Source of the DNA: Fibrobacteria bacterium
GTDB taxonomy: Bacteria; Fibrobacterota; Chitinivibrionia; Chitinivibrionales; FEN-1185
Assembly (NCBI GenBank): GCA_037447435.1
Contig: JBBIGR010000014.1
Coordinates: forward strand, 16,318-80,317
DNA length: 64,000 nt
Direction of reading: 5' to 3'
Below are positions 9,590-19,579 of the stretch, piece after piece. Position 1 is the stretch's first letter, and every line of letters starts with the position of its first letter. Position numbers and translations under genes: made by a program. The notes under the pieces were generated by a model. It was given only the letters and a program-made list of their open reading frames with translations. It searched no databases and was not told the origin of the DNA.

Positions 9590-10615
9590 TCACTTTTGCA
9601 AAACGCCTTCAAACATCGGCACATATCGAACTGTCAACTCAAGACCTTTCGATGATTTTTGAGTTATTATAGAGCGCCAAATATTCCAAAGATTTTTTTT
9701 AAAAACAATGGACCCGACTGGTTGCATATAAACCATCGCTCTGCCCATGGAAATATATCGGGGAATTTTCTTGCTTGTAATTAAAAGCTGTTTAAACGCA
9801 GAAATGTACCGTGCCTTTTCATTATTGTCGGCTATTGTATCCGGACGAATATTTAAAAGCTGTTCGATGTACGAAGAGTCTTCCTGACTACCAGCTTTAT
9901 TTTGTTGTCCGAGCGTATTGAAAGCCTGTTTTATCCATTGCAACTCATCGTCGTTTTGAAACCTGACGCAGCTTATAATGTTCCCAATATCATTGGGATT
10001 TTGGGTTCTCGCAGTGAGAATGTTTAATAAAGCAAACCGGTCATCGTATGCATCAATGAGTTCAAAATCCGATAACGCAAGATTAATGTACCGCCTGCCG
10101 GGAAAAACATCCGTGATCTTCAATTGAAACATCTTCGAGGTAAATGCCGTATCCGAATCGAACCACAAAACGGTTTTCCGCATATTCACATCGGAATGGG
10201 ACAAGCCTTCCTGATTTGCATCCCAATCCAGGGCATATTCTACCGCAGGTTTTTCATCGAGCTTTAATGATAGTTTCGCCGGTTTGCCAAAATCCTCCAA
10301 AGACAACATGTCTTTCCGGTTACCTGAACCAATAATGATTCCTTTACAACGTTTTTTTTCGGAATAAGTGATGTCGACCCATTGACCGGCCAGGCTGTTT
10401 TGTACACCTTCGATCCAACAAGTCGTCGAATCATTGTCGAACATATTCGAAAGCGTGAATACGCGTTGGCCCTGCAATTTCGAAGAAGCTCTCACCACAA
10501 TCGTGTTACCGCGGACATTTATTGTCTCGGTTTCCGTTGTGACAAGTGCGTTACCAGGAATAGCAATGGCGATTATTGCCAAAGCAAAAACCGTGTTCCG
10601 ACAAACGTTTTTCAT
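9590..10615 (-). CDS. secreted hypothetical protein with N-terminal discoidin (F5/8 type C)-like domain
   Basis: A signal peptide is present. FDNDSTTCWIEGVQNSLAGQWVDITYS fits the discoidin DxDxxTxWxS...GQWlxVDL hallmark. The C-terminal ~200 aa have no recognisable motif. Confidence 0.5.
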   Translation of the reverse strand: MKNVCRNTVFALAIIAIAIPGNALVTTETETINVRGNTIVVRASSKLQGQRVFTLSNMFDNDSTTCWIEGVQNSLAGQWVDITYSEKKRCKGIIIGSGNRKDMLSLEDFGKPAKLSLKLDEKPAVEYALDWDANQEGLSHSDVNMRKTVLWFDSDTAFTSKMFQLKITDVFPGRRYINLALSDFELIDAYDDRFALLNILTARTQNPNDIGNIISCVRFQNDDELQWIKQAFNTLGQQNKAGSQEDSSYIEQLLNIRPDTIADNNEKARYISAFKQLLITSKKIPRYISMGRAMVYMQPVGSIVFKKNLWNIWRSIITQKSSKGLELTVRYVPMFEGVLQK

Positions 10616-10632
10616 GATTTATTCCTAACCGA

Positions 10633-11655
10633 TTATAACCCGCTTACTGCAGGATTGGCCGCAACGCGAGGATTTGTTTTTAAAAAACCTGTTACTTTTT
10701 CATGCAAGGTCTCAAGCGTCAAAGCCGATTGCGCCATAGATTTAAGCTGTTGACCAAAAAAGAAATTGCAGGAATAATATTTTGTAAACTCTTTCAACCT
10801 GCCAATCGCCTTTTCGGGCCTGAAATCTTCAGTAACGTATTCATAATATCGTTGCCAGATCCCTGCATAATCAACATTGACAACAGTCTTTTCAGGCATA
10901 TTGAAAAGTGGAGCAAATTCATTGAACATCCACGGCCGGACCACTGCCTGGCGTCCGATCATTATTCCGGAGACGCCATAGAACCATTCTGCGTTTTCAA
11001 ATATGTCCTGCGGTCCCCGAATATCGCCGTTTGCAATGACCGGCATTTTTGTTTGCTCGCAAACCCAGGGAAAAAATTCCCATCGCGCTTTTCGTTTGAG
11101 TTTTTCGTCGAAAAACCTGGGATGCACTGTAACGGCATCGACCCCGCAATCTTCAATAATTTTTATTCGAGTCGCGAATTCCTGCTTCCAGTTTTGATCG
11201 TTTTTCCAAAGTCGACATTTAACCGTTAATACTCCTGACCAGGCTTTGCGTAGTCGGGTGACAACGGTTTTAAGCCTGTCCAAATCGGCAAACAATGATA
11301 CCCCGGTACCGATTTTCTCCATTTCCGGTGCCGGACAACCGGCATTTAAATCAATGGCCGCAGGACCAACCTGCTCTAATTTTTCCAATCCTTTTTCAAT
11401 ATCTTCAGTCCCGTTTAGCGCGAGCTGATACCAAACCAGCCCTTCGGAATTTCTTTTCTTTGTAAAAGGCGACTCTCCCACTTTTTCGTGGAGCAACGCC
11501 TTTCCCGAAAGCATTTCGGTAAACATCGCACCGTAACCGCCGAAGTCGGAAACCAACCGCCTGAACGCACTATGCGTTACTCCCGCCAATGGCGCACTAA
11601 AAAGAGGCGGCGAAACAGTAATGTTTTTAAGCGATAGCGATGTTTTTTTTATCAT
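10633..11655 (-). CDS. dus: tRNA-dihydrouridine synthase
   Basis: The N-terminal PLAGVT[HD]..FR motif, the NAGCP catalytic-Cys motif and VTVHPRF..IANGDI are all present. The start overlaps the stop of the upstream gene (ATGA). Confidence 0.85.
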   Translation of the reverse strand: MIKKTSLSLKNITVSPPLFSAPLAGVTHSAFRRLVSDFGGYGAMFTEMLSGKALLHEKVGESPFTKKRNSEGLVWYQLALNGTEDIEKGLEKLEQVGPAAIDLNAGCPAPEMEKIGTGVSLFADLDRLKTVVTRLRKAWSGVLTVKCRLWKNDQNWKQEFATRIKIIEDCGVDAVTVHPRFFDEKLKRKARWEFFPWVCEQTKMPVIANGDIRGPQDIFENAEWFYGVSGIMIGRQAVVRPWMFNEFAPLFNMPEKTVVNVDYAGIWQRYYEYVTEDFRPEKAIGRLKEFTKYYSCNFFFGQQLKSMAQSALTLETLHEKVTGFLKTNPRVAANPAVSGL

Positions 11656-12917
11656 CCTGCCCGCTTACAAATATCAATGATTCCGTATCGCTTGCCAAGA
11701 TCCGAAAGTTTTTGCAAATCGTCGACCGTCTTGATGTTTTCATAGCAATCAAGATTTACGGAAAGCACTGCCGGATCTTTTGCCAAGGCTACCAGATCGG
11801 TTGCCGCATATCCTATTTTCGGGCTTTTCGGAATCGAGGGCAGGATTTCCTTCGGCGGCGTCGCATAATCAGGCAGGCTATTCTCTAAAAGCAACTCAAC
11901 GTCAAATATATAGAGCCCCGTGTTATAGGGAAGGTGAAACGTATTGGACGGATCCATGAGATTCATGGTCGCATCATTCCTGATCGCCTGCTCAACAATT
12001 ATGGTCGATTGCTTACCTTTTTTTTCAAGTGTGACAAATGTTCCGAACGGGTCTTTTGCCTCAAATCCTTTCCGCAGCACCCCAACCCCAACACAATCGT
12101 GTTGTTTTCCCGCATGTGCCATAGCAAGAATTATTGAAGGGTCAAAAAGTGCAGTCGCCTGCAATGCTATGATTTTTTTGCAACCCAAGCTCTTTAACCA
12201 TTCGATTGCGCTTTTCCCTTCATCAAAACCGGCTTTTTTCATTTTCATGAACGGACCTCCTGTTTCATCAGGATTTGTTGCCGGCCATGGCAATTCGTCG
12301 ATCATTACGCAAACGATTTTCCCGTCCTGGGATAAATGGAGACGTTCTCCCTGGTTCAAGGTTCGCACATGGGTTAATCCGAATGAATTATTCCGTTCAA
12401 TTACCTGCGGGATAACCCTAGCAGTTGTCGAACCTTTGGGACCGGTTGTAACAATAACCGGAATTTGAAATCCCGCCTGTTTCGACAAATCTTCAATAAC
12501 GGCTAGGTCCGCCTGAAGACAACCAAAACCGTTAGGAAACCCCGGGATCTGGTATGTCGCTTTGATAAAATCCTGTAGCGCATCTTCCCCAATGCCTTGG
12601 CTACGAAGACTCGATCGCATTCGTACGCCGTCACCGCCCGCGGTAAGTACAATTGCATACTCGTGCAAATCGGCCAATGCTCCCGAGATGTGATCGCTTT
12701 GTATGAGGCGGGGATATCGCTGTGTTGCTTCGGCAAGAATATGTTTTGACTCTCCGGCGTTAACCAATGCTTTTTTTTGCAGGTCCGCATGCCACTCAAA
12801 AGTTTTTGGGGGAAATTTTTCATCGAGGATAGAAAGCAAATGTTTTTTTTGAATTTCGCTCAGCGTATCAAATTCATGAATATGTTCCTCGGCAAATTCG
12901 TTCGACCATTTGCTCAT
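11652..12917 (-). CDS. UDP-sugar pyrophosphorylase family protein (UTP-glucose-1-P / UDP-GlcNAc pyrophosphorylase-like nucleotidyltransferase)
   Basis: The motif LTAGGDGVRM resembles the UDPGP-family nucleotide-binding loop (L-x-GG-x-G-T-R-[ML]). Size is 421 aa. It is translationally coupled to dus. Confidence 0.55.
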   Translation of the reverse strand: MSKWSNEFAEEHIHEFDTLSEIQKKHLLSILDEKFPPKTFEWHADLQKKALVNAGESKHILAEATQRYPRLIQSDHISGALADLHEYAIVLTAGGDGVRMRSSLRSQGIGEDALQDFIKATYQIPGFPNGFGCLQADLAVIEDLSKQAGFQIPVIVTTGPKGSTTARVIPQVIERNNSFGLTHVRTLNQGERLHLSQDGKIVCVMIDELPWPATNPDETGGPFMKMKKAGFDEGKSAIEWLKSLGCKKIIALQATALFDPSIILAMAHAGKQHDCVGVGVLRKGFEAKDPFGTFVTLEKKGKQSTIIVEQAIRNDATMNLMDPSNTFHLPYNTGLYIFDVELLLENSLPDYATPPKEILPSIPKSPKIGYAATDLVALAKDPAVLSVNLDCYENIKTVDDLQKLSDLGKRYGIIDICKRAG

Positions 12918-13014
12918 ATCATCTCCTGTTGCTTTTGGAAAAAATATATGGTATACTTATTATTCGGATTTTACGCTTTTGATACGTTTACAAATAAATT
13001 ATTTTACGGTGCGT

Positions 13015-13854
13015 ATGACAAACAACGGAACTTCCAACGCCTTTCAAACATTAAAAATCATTCATCCGATTCACGAAGATTCGACTATTGCAAAAACCGC
13101 TTTCGCGCATGCCCTGGCTATGGCCCATTCCGGAAACGGCGAACTGGAAATAATTGACGTAAGAGACTCGCGAGAACGGCGTAAAGATTTCAGTGTTCGG
13201 ACATTATTTGAAAAATGGTCGGTTTTAAAGCCCAATTCCGAGCGAAGCGATGTTGCCAAATTGGGCCTTAAGATTACTAAAATAATTAAAAGAGGGCAGC
13301 CAAAAAAGATTATTGGACATCGGATGGAAAAACATCGCCATGATTTGCTCGTAATCGGGACACAACGACATCGAGGCATTTCTAAATTTTTCGATGCCAA
13401 TCTGGCGGATTATCTGGCAAACGAATATCGGCAGACAACTCTATACATTCCAGAAAACAGCAGATTTTTTGTCGATGAGAATAACGGTAATATCGCTTTG
13501 CATACTATTTTGCTTCCTGTTGCAAAGCACCCTTCGGCCGATTACGCTTTGGGAAGATTACAATCACTGCTTTCCATTTTCGCACAGCCCGGGGCGACCA
13601 TCATAGGCCTCCATTGCGGGGAACAGTTTCCTTCTTTCGAAAACATTATTCCGCAGAGCATGATTATCGAAAAAAAACTGACACCTTTACCGGTCGTAAA
13701 AAACATTATCAAGACCGCCAGGGAAAGAAATGTCGACCTTATTGTCATGGCAACGCAAGGGCGAAATACTTTTCCAAAAAAAATTATCGGCAGTTTGACC
13801 GAACAAGTTCTCGCCGATGCGCCGTGTCCTGTATTGTCAATTCCCGTCGATTAG
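13015..13854 (+). CDS. tandem-domain universal stress protein (UspA family)
   Basis: Two Usp-like halves are present. The C-terminal ...DLIVMATQGR...VLADAPCPVLSIPV is typical. The longer ORF from 12910 has no RBS and overlaps the divergent gene. Confidence 0.75.
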   Translation: MTNNGTSNAFQTLKIIHPIHEDSTIAKTAFAHALAMAHSGNGELEIIDVRDSRERRKDFSVRTLFEKWSVLKPNSERSDVAKLGLKITKIIKRGQPKKIIGHRMEKHRHDLLVIGTQRHRGISKFFDANLADYLANEYRQTTLYIPENSRFFVDENNGNIALHTILLPVAKHPSADYALGRLQSLLSIFAQPGATIIGLHCGEQFPSFENIIPQSMIIEKKLTPLPVVKNIIKTARERNVDLIVMATQGRNTFPKKIIGSLTEQVLADAPCPVLSIPVD

Positions 13855-13875
13855 CGGGTTCGTTTTAAATACTTA

Positions 13876-13907
13876 CTGTGGCGGCGAAATATATTTCGCC
13901 GCCACAG
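13876..13907. terminator. bidirectional terminator between usp (+) and flagellin (-)
   Basis: A perfect palindrome CTGTGGCGGCGAAAT/ATTTCGCCGCCACAG has T/A runs on both sides. Confidence 0.7.
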
Positions 13908-13962
13908 TTTATTATCAATAACTTCCCCATGCGAGTGAGAATTTATCGAAAACCTTTCGCGA

Positions 13963-14817
13963 CTACTTCAATAAAGTAAGGACCGACGACGGGAGCATAT
14001 TCGATTGCGAAAGCATGGCTGTTGCCGATTGCATGAGTATCTGGTTTTTCGTGAAATTAGCCGTCTCATGGGCAAAATCCGCATCACGAATCGAAGATTC
14101 CGCCGCCTGTTGATTTGTTTCGCTCACCATCAGGTTATTGACAGCGTGCTCGAGCCTATTGATATATGCGCCCAGATTTGCACGAATACTATTGACACTG
14201 TCGAGAGCGGTATCGACCTCGCTGATTGCAAGTACCGCATTGCCCTGTGTCGTGATATCTCGTGTGCCCAGATTTGCGCTCAGCGCGGGGGCGGTCAAGG
14301 TACCTATCGAAATAGTTATATTGTCCACACCCGACGTATGATTGGCATCTATCCACAAATTATTTCCGGCTGCACCATTGACTATACCAAACCGACCGGC
14401 AGTGGATGATATCAATTCCTGCTTGTTATAATTGGTGACTGCGGCAATACGATTGACTTCACTTCGTAACGCGGCAAATTCCTGATTTGTATAGGAACGT
14501 TCCGTTGAGGTCAACGTATCGTTGGAAGATTGTATAGCAAGCTCGCGCATGCGTTGCAATACGGATGATATCTCGTTTGCCGCACCTTCTGCAATATTGA
14601 GCGCCGCAATGCCGTCCTGAGCGTTTTTCTGCGCTTGCGACACGCCGTTAATCTGGGTGCGAAGATTTTCAGAAACACCGAGGCCTGCCGCATCATCGCT
14701 TGCACGGTTGATTCGAAGTCCGGTAGAAAGTCTTTCCAAGGATTTTGAAAGATTGTTGTTGGTCTGATACAGAGCGCTCTGGGTAACCATTGAAGCGATA
14801 TTATGATTAATACGCAT
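13963..14817 (-). CDS. fliC: flagellin
   Basis: The N-terminus MRINHNIASMVTQSALYQTNNNLSKSLERLSTGLRINRASDDAAGL and the C-terminus ...SQSNMLPSSVLTLLK are the canonical flagellin D0/D1 termini. RBS is AGGGAGG. Confidence 0.92.
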   Translation of the reverse strand: MRINHNIASMVTQSALYQTNNNLSKSLERLSTGLRINRASDDAAGLGVSENLRTQINGVSQAQKNAQDGIAALNIAEGAANEISSVLQRMRELAIQSSNDTLTSTERSYTNQEFAALRSEVNRIAAVTNYNKQELISSTAGRFGIVNGAAGNNLWIDANHTSGVDNITISIGTLTAPALSANLGTRDITTQGNAVLAISEVDTALDSVNSIRANLGAYINRLEHAVNNLMVSETNQQAAESSIRDADFAHETANFTKNQILMQSATAMLSQSNMLPSSVLTLLK

Positions 14818-14981
14818 AAAGAAACCTCCCTGTTAAAACATGAATAGAACTAACAATCCTTGTTAGTTCAGTGAAAGGTCAAACAAAAAAAATCTTGACC
14901 CTCCTTTCGAATTTTTTTGCAGGGAGAATGTAAGGACTTGCCGTTCCTTTTCCCCTGCGCTGTATAAAATCTCCTGCTTAA

Positions 14982-15010
14982 TTTATCGGTCAAAATCGGT
15001 TTAACTTTAA
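14982..15010 (-). promoter_or_regulatory. sigma-28 (FliA) promoter for flagellin
   Basis: The minus strand reads TAAAGTT-aaaccgattttga-CCGATAAA. This is TAAA-N15-(a)CCGATAA against the consensus TAAA-N15-GCCGATAA. It lies ~165 nt upstream of the flagellin start, and the -35 overlaps the tadA stop. Confidence 0.6.
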
Positions 15011-15462
15011 TTTTTTCTTACATTTTTAAAAAAAGATTTCAAAAGAGTGCCGCATTCTTCCGCCATAACGCCAGAAGTTATCCGAGGAAAATAACGATAG
15101 GCGCGCTCTAATTCCTGCCGATGAAAATAACTGTCTATCGCGCCAACTCGCGGATCGGCGGTTGCATAAACGATGGCATCGACACGAGTTTGCAAAATAG
15201 CGCCCAGACACATTATGCACGGTTCCAATGTGACATACAAAGTGCAGCCGTTTAAACGCCAACTCGATTCATGCGATGACGCAGCGCCTATTGCAAGAAT
15301 TTCGGCATGCGCCGTTGCGTCGAAAAGCTTTTCCACTCTATTATACCCTCGCCCGATTATCCTTCCGTCTTTTTCAATGACGGCGCCTATAGGCACTTCG
15401 CCTTCATCAAAAGCCTTGACAGCCTCCTGATAAGCACTATTCATAAAATATGAAGTATCCAC
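15007..15462 (-). CDS. tadA: tRNA adenosine(34) deaminase
   Basis: CMP/dCMP-deaminase zinc motifs are HAEILAI (H-A-E) and PCIMC (PCxxC). Size is 151 aa. Confidence 0.85.
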   Translation of the reverse strand: MDTSYFMNSAYQEAVKAFDEGEVPIGAVIEKDGRIIGRGYNRVEKLFDATAHAEILAIGAASSHESSWRLNGCTLYVTLEPCIMCLGAILQTRVDAIVYATADPRVGAIDSYFHRQELERAYRYFPRITSGVMAEECGTLLKSFFKNVRKN

Positions 15463-15608
15463 AGCCGTAATCCCTTTCTTTAAGGAAAATTGATTATATT
15501 AATTAGATTGTAATTGCCCGATTTTTCCTAACATTTGCCTAATAAATTGCGCCGTAACCGGATAGTTGCAACTGTGATTTGTCTACATACCATGCGTAGA
15601 TACTTTTT

Positions 15609-15638
15609 ATTGAGACACTAATACTGACGTTAATATAC
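15609..15638 (+). promoter_or_regulatory. candidate sigma-70 promoter for the secretion-ATPase operon
   Basis: TTGAGA-N18-TATACT ends 15 nt before the ATG at 15653. The leader is short and no strong RBS is present, so this is a weak call. Confidence 0.3.
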
Positions 15639-15652
15639 TTTCGAAAAACACC

Positions 15653-17413
15653 ATGACAGAACGTATTGGACAGATTTTAATCAAAAAAAACGCTGTTGAC
15701 GCGCAGTCTATGGAGCGTGCTATATCTTTACAACAGCAAAACGTCGACTTGAACGTGCCTCACCAACGACTCGGCGAATTGCTCATGACCCGGTTCGCTG
15801 TTGCGGAGATCGATATTTTTTCAGCGCTTTCCGAACAATTTTCTTTGCCTTTCGCGCAAAACATAGACGATAAATTATGCCGCGAAATTATCCAGGAACT
15901 TTCGGCCGATTTTTTCAAAGAGTTGCCCTGCCTGCCCTTGGAGCATCGGGACAACACGCTCGTCATTGCAATAAGCGACCCGATAGATCTTGATACCCTC
16001 CTAAATGTCCAGGCCCAAAGCGGGCTTTGCGTAGAATCGTGCATTTGCTGTCCGTCGACACTTGACAAAACCAGACAAAAGCTATTCGAGCAGAAATCGT
16101 TTCTAAGTCAATCGGCCGGGAAGCTTTCTCGGGAACAGGAACAATTGGCGCAATTCGACGATTCTTTATCGGTCGAAGAAATTAAGAAGCGGACCGAAAG
16201 CGAGCCGGTTGTCAAAATGGCTTCCTTGATTTTCGATGAAGCATTGGCGCTTAACGCATCCGATATCCACATAGAACCGACTCAGGAGAATGCTGTCGTC
16301 CGGTACCGGGTCGACGGCCTGCTGACTGCACATATGGAAACACCTCGGGCAATGTATGTGCCGCTTACGTCCCGAATTAAAATAATGGCCGATCTTGATA
16401 TTGCTGAAAAACGGGTTCCCCAGGACGGCCGCATCCGTTATGCCCATAGAGGAGAACAATTCGATTTTCGTGTTTCCACCCTGCCGACGCATTACGGAGA
16501 AAAAACGGTAATTCGAATCTTAAAGCACGATATCGGTCTTTTGGAATTATCGCGGCTCGGGATTCCGGCGCAGGAATACGAAAAGCTCGCGGATTTAATA
16601 GAAAAACCTCAAGGCATTATTTTCGTCACCGGCCCTACGGGCTCGGGAAAATCTTCTACCCTATTCGGTTGCCTCAACCGGATCAAGACAAAAGCCATCA
16701 ACATTACGACGATTGAAAATCCTATCGAGTATAAAATCGACGGCATAAATCAGGTGCAGATCAATGAAAAGGCCGGTGTCACGTTCGCAACGACGTTACG
16801 TTCTATCTTACGTCAAGATCCCGATGTTATATTAATCGGGGAAATCCGCGACCGCGAAACCGCTGAAATCGCCATTCAATCGGCGCAAACCGGACATTTG
16901 GTACTTTCTACATTGCATACAAACGACGCGCTTTCGGCAATTACGCGGCTCCGAGACCTCGGTATTCCAGGGTTCCTCATATCTTCATCATTGATCGGCA
17001 TTTTAGCACAACGACTGGTCAGAGTTTTATGCCCGCATTGCAAGCAACGCGGCGAAGTTTCGACAGATATACGGCAACGGTGGAACATGATGCTTTCCAA
17101 TATAGAATTGCCTCCGTTTTATTCGCCTCGAGGGTGCGACCAATGCCATGGACGCGGGTATAAAGGTCGCTCGGGAATTTTCGAGCTTGCAGTCGTCAAT
17201 GACGTAGCACGTGAAATGATTTCGGCAAATCAAAGCGAAGGAAATATCAGGAAGTATTTTCGTGAAATCGGGATGAATACGATGATACAAAACGGGCTTG
17301 AGAAAATCCGTAACGGCACAACCTCACCCGACGAATTATTGCGGGTTGTTATGGTCGAAGATATTTTGAGCCATAAACAATCGGCATTTGAAAAACAAAA
17401 GGAATCCCTATGA
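15653..17413 (+). CDS. gspE: type II secretion / type IV pilus assembly ATPase (GspE/PilB family)
   Basis: An N-terminal T2SSE_N-like domain is present. Walker A is GPTGSGKSST. The Asp and His boxes and the C-terminal tetracysteine zinc finger CPHC...CDQC are also present. The stop overlaps the secretin start (ATGA). Confidence 0.9.
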   Translation: MTERIGQILIKKNAVDAQSMERAISLQQQNVDLNVPHQRLGELLMTRFAVAEIDIFSALSEQFSLPFAQNIDDKLCREIIQELSADFFKELPCLPLEHRDNTLVIAISDPIDLDTLLNVQAQSGLCVESCICCPSTLDKTRQKLFEQKSFLSQSAGKLSREQEQLAQFDDSLSVEEIKKRTESEPVVKMASLIFDEALALNASDIHIEPTQENAVVRYRVDGLLTAHMETPRAMYVPLTSRIKIMADLDIAEKRVPQDGRIRYAHRGEQFDFRVSTLPTHYGEKTVIRILKHDIGLLELSRLGIPAQEYEKLADLIEKPQGIIFVTGPTGSGKSSTLFGCLNRIKTKAINITTIENPIEYKIDGINQVQINEKAGVTFATTLRSILRQDPDVILIGEIRDRETAEIAIQSAQTGHLVLSTLHTNDALSAITRLRDLGIPGFLISSSLIGILAQRLVRVLCPHCKQRGEVSTDIRQRWNMMLSNIELPPFYSPRGCDQCHGRGYKGRSGIFELAVVNDVAREMISANQSEGNIRKYFREIGMNTMIQNGLEKIRNGTTSPDELLRVVMVEDILSHKQSAFEKQKESL

Positions 17414-19569
17414 ACAATGTCTTTGTCGCATTGATACTTGCGATCCTGGCGGTAACGGGCATAGTGCAAGCGGCCCCGCAAGGCAAAGAACCCTCAAAAG
17501 CTTTATCCGAGCAAAAACCGGCGGAACAATCTGCAGTCGCACCCGAATTGCAAATGATGTCGCCTTTGGATGTGAAAGACGCCGACATTCAAGATGTAAT
17601 ACGCACGATTTCCAAAGGATATAATGTCAATATCATCCTCGACAAAGATGTTTCCGGCAAAGTTACGGTGCATTTGTCCGATGTGCCCGTCATTGAGGGA
17701 CTTCGAACCCTTTCCCGGTCCATCGGGTTAGAGGTAGTTAAGGAAGGCAACGTTTACCGTATTCGCAAGGCGATGGACGAGCAGCGATCGGTAATCACTT
17801 TTATAAATAATAAACTGACCGTCGATGTCCAAAACGTCGATGTCAAGGATTTCCTCAAGGACATCAGTGCGAAGACGGCAATAAGCATAGTCCCCGATGC
17901 AAAAGTGAGCGGCAAAATTTCGGGAAAACTTTTCCAGGTCGAACTTGACGATGGGTTACGGGCTTTGCTGCAGGGAAGCGGGCTAAAGCTTACAAAACGT
18001 AAAAATATTTACCAAGTACTTGCCGACGACGACGCACCGCCGGCGGGAAACCCTGCACCGGGTAATCCGTATCCCGGCTATCGCAGATACGGAGGAAACC
18101 CCGGCGGCGGATCCACCTCGTTTTTTGTTGAATGCGCAAACGGCAAGATTTCATTGGATGTGGTAAACGGAAATCTTAATGATGTTATAAAAGCAATTGC
18201 AGAACAAAGCGATATGGAAATCATCACCTACGGTACGATTTCGGGCGAAATAAATGCCAAGTTAAAGAATGTTCCGCTTACGCAGGCATTGGCATTACTT
18301 TTAGGCGGTACGATGTTTACATTTGTGCAAAAAGATTCCATCATTCTCATCGGCGACCGAAACGCCGCAACCCCCTCAGGGCAAGCTCTTTCGAAATCGG
18401 AACTTATTCACTTGAATTGCATCAAGGCCGACGGCGTCATGCAAATACTGCCCAAAGATATCCCGCCGAGCAATGTGAAAGTCATTAAAGAACAGAATGC
18501 GCTGCTAGTGTCCGGTACTTCCGAAGACATCGTATCGGTACGGGAATTTATCTCGACCATCGATGTTCCAACACCTCAGGTTTCAATTGACGCGGTTATT
18601 GTCGAGTACTCTGAAAACCTTAACAAGTCTTTTAATGTCAAGGCAAGCTTAAATCGGCCCGACCTAAATAATCAGTCATATTTTGCTCTTCCTTCAGATG
18701 ACTTTAGAATCGAAAAAGGAACAGATGCAGTCGAGCTGGGGTCAAGCGGTACTGCTATAAAATCTTTTTTTCAAAACTTGCTCGGCCAAACATTCAATGG
18801 CAACACTATTATCAGCCATCTGCCCGATAATTTTTTCATTTTCTTGAAATTCCTTGAATCGCAAAACCAGGCAAAAGTCCTTGCGCAACCATCTATTGTT
18901 ACGCTAAACGGAAATAAAGCATCTATCAATGTGAATAAAACCAGCTATTTCAAAGTCACTACCGGAAACCCGCTCGGGGGCGACTATTCAATACGGTTCC
19001 AACCCATCACATTCGGTATAAAGCTAGACATAACACCTTGGATATCCATGGGAGGACAAATCACGGCTGAAATAGCTCCCGAAGTGTCAAATTCCGACGG
19101 CCAAAGCGCTGACGGATATCCCAATGTATCGACACGATCCATTACGACCACTGTGCGCTTAAATAACGGAGAAACTATAGTCCTTGGTGGCTTAGTACAA
19201 AACCAACAAACCGATGCAAAACAAAAGATACCCATTCTTGGTGATATTCCGTTCATTGGGTTTTTGTTTAGAACCAATGTCAAGATCCGGACAAAATCCA
19301 ATCTCGTTGTATATATAACGCCGCATATTATCATACCACAAACAAATAACGTTGATTTAAAAAAAGAACTTTCTAATTTCGAAAAAAATGACATGGGGAT
19401 AATAGACAAGAAAAACTCCTATGAGAACAACGCGGACAAGCAGGATAAAAAATCAGATAAACATATCGATACTACTAAAGAAAAAGATTTGAAAAAAATG
19501 CCGATAAACCCTATACCGCAGAACACGGTAACGCCTGCTGCCAAAGATACGGTCCGACAGGCGCAATAA
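17410..19569 (+). CDS. gspD: secretin (GspD/PilQ family outer-membrane channel)
   Basis: A signal peptide and N0/N1-like repeats are present. A Pro/Gly-rich linker reads PPAGNPAPGNPYPGYRRYGGNPGGG. The canonical secretin domain reads VRLNNGETIVLGGLVQ...IPILGDIPFIGFLFRTN...VVYITPHII. A Lys/Asp-rich C-terminal tail of ~90 aa follows. Confidence 0.9.
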   Translation: MNNVFVALILAILAVTGIVQAAPQGKEPSKALSEQKPAEQSAVAPELQMMSPLDVKDADIQDVIRTISKGYNVNIILDKDVSGKVTVHLSDVPVIEGLRTLSRSIGLEVVKEGNVYRIRKAMDEQRSVITFINNKLTVDVQNVDVKDFLKDISAKTAISIVPDAKVSGKISGKLFQVELDDGLRALLQGSGLKLTKRKNIYQVLADDDAPPAGNPAPGNPYPGYRRYGGNPGGGSTSFFVECANGKISLDVVNGNLNDVIKAIAEQSDMEIITYGTISGEINAKLKNVPLTQALALLLGGTMFTFVQKDSIILIGDRNAATPSGQALSKSELIHLNCIKADGVMQILPKDIPPSNVKVIKEQNALLVSGTSEDIVSVREFISTIDVPTPQVSIDAVIVEYSENLNKSFNVKASLNRPDLNNQSYFALPSDDFRIEKGTDAVELGSSGTAIKSFFQNLLGQTFNGNTIISHLPDNFFIFLKFLESQNQAKVLAQPSIVTLNGNKASINVNKTSYFKVTTGNPLGGDYSIRFQPITFGIKLDITPWISMGGQITAEIAPEVSNSDGQSADGYPNVSTRSITTTVRLNNGETIVLGGLVQNQQTDAKQKIPILGDIPFIGFLFRTNVKIRTKSNLVVYITPHIIIPQTNNVDLKKELSNFEKNDMGIIDKKNSYENNADKQDKKSDKHIDTTKEKDLKKMPINPIPQNTVTPAAKDTVRQAQ

Positions 19570-19579
19570 GGCAACAACA

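Noticed and set aside
12910-13014. N-terminal extension of the Usp ORF (start at 12910)
   Set aside because: It overlaps the divergent UDPGP gene start and has no RBS. The internal Met at 13015 gives a standard tandem-Usp length.
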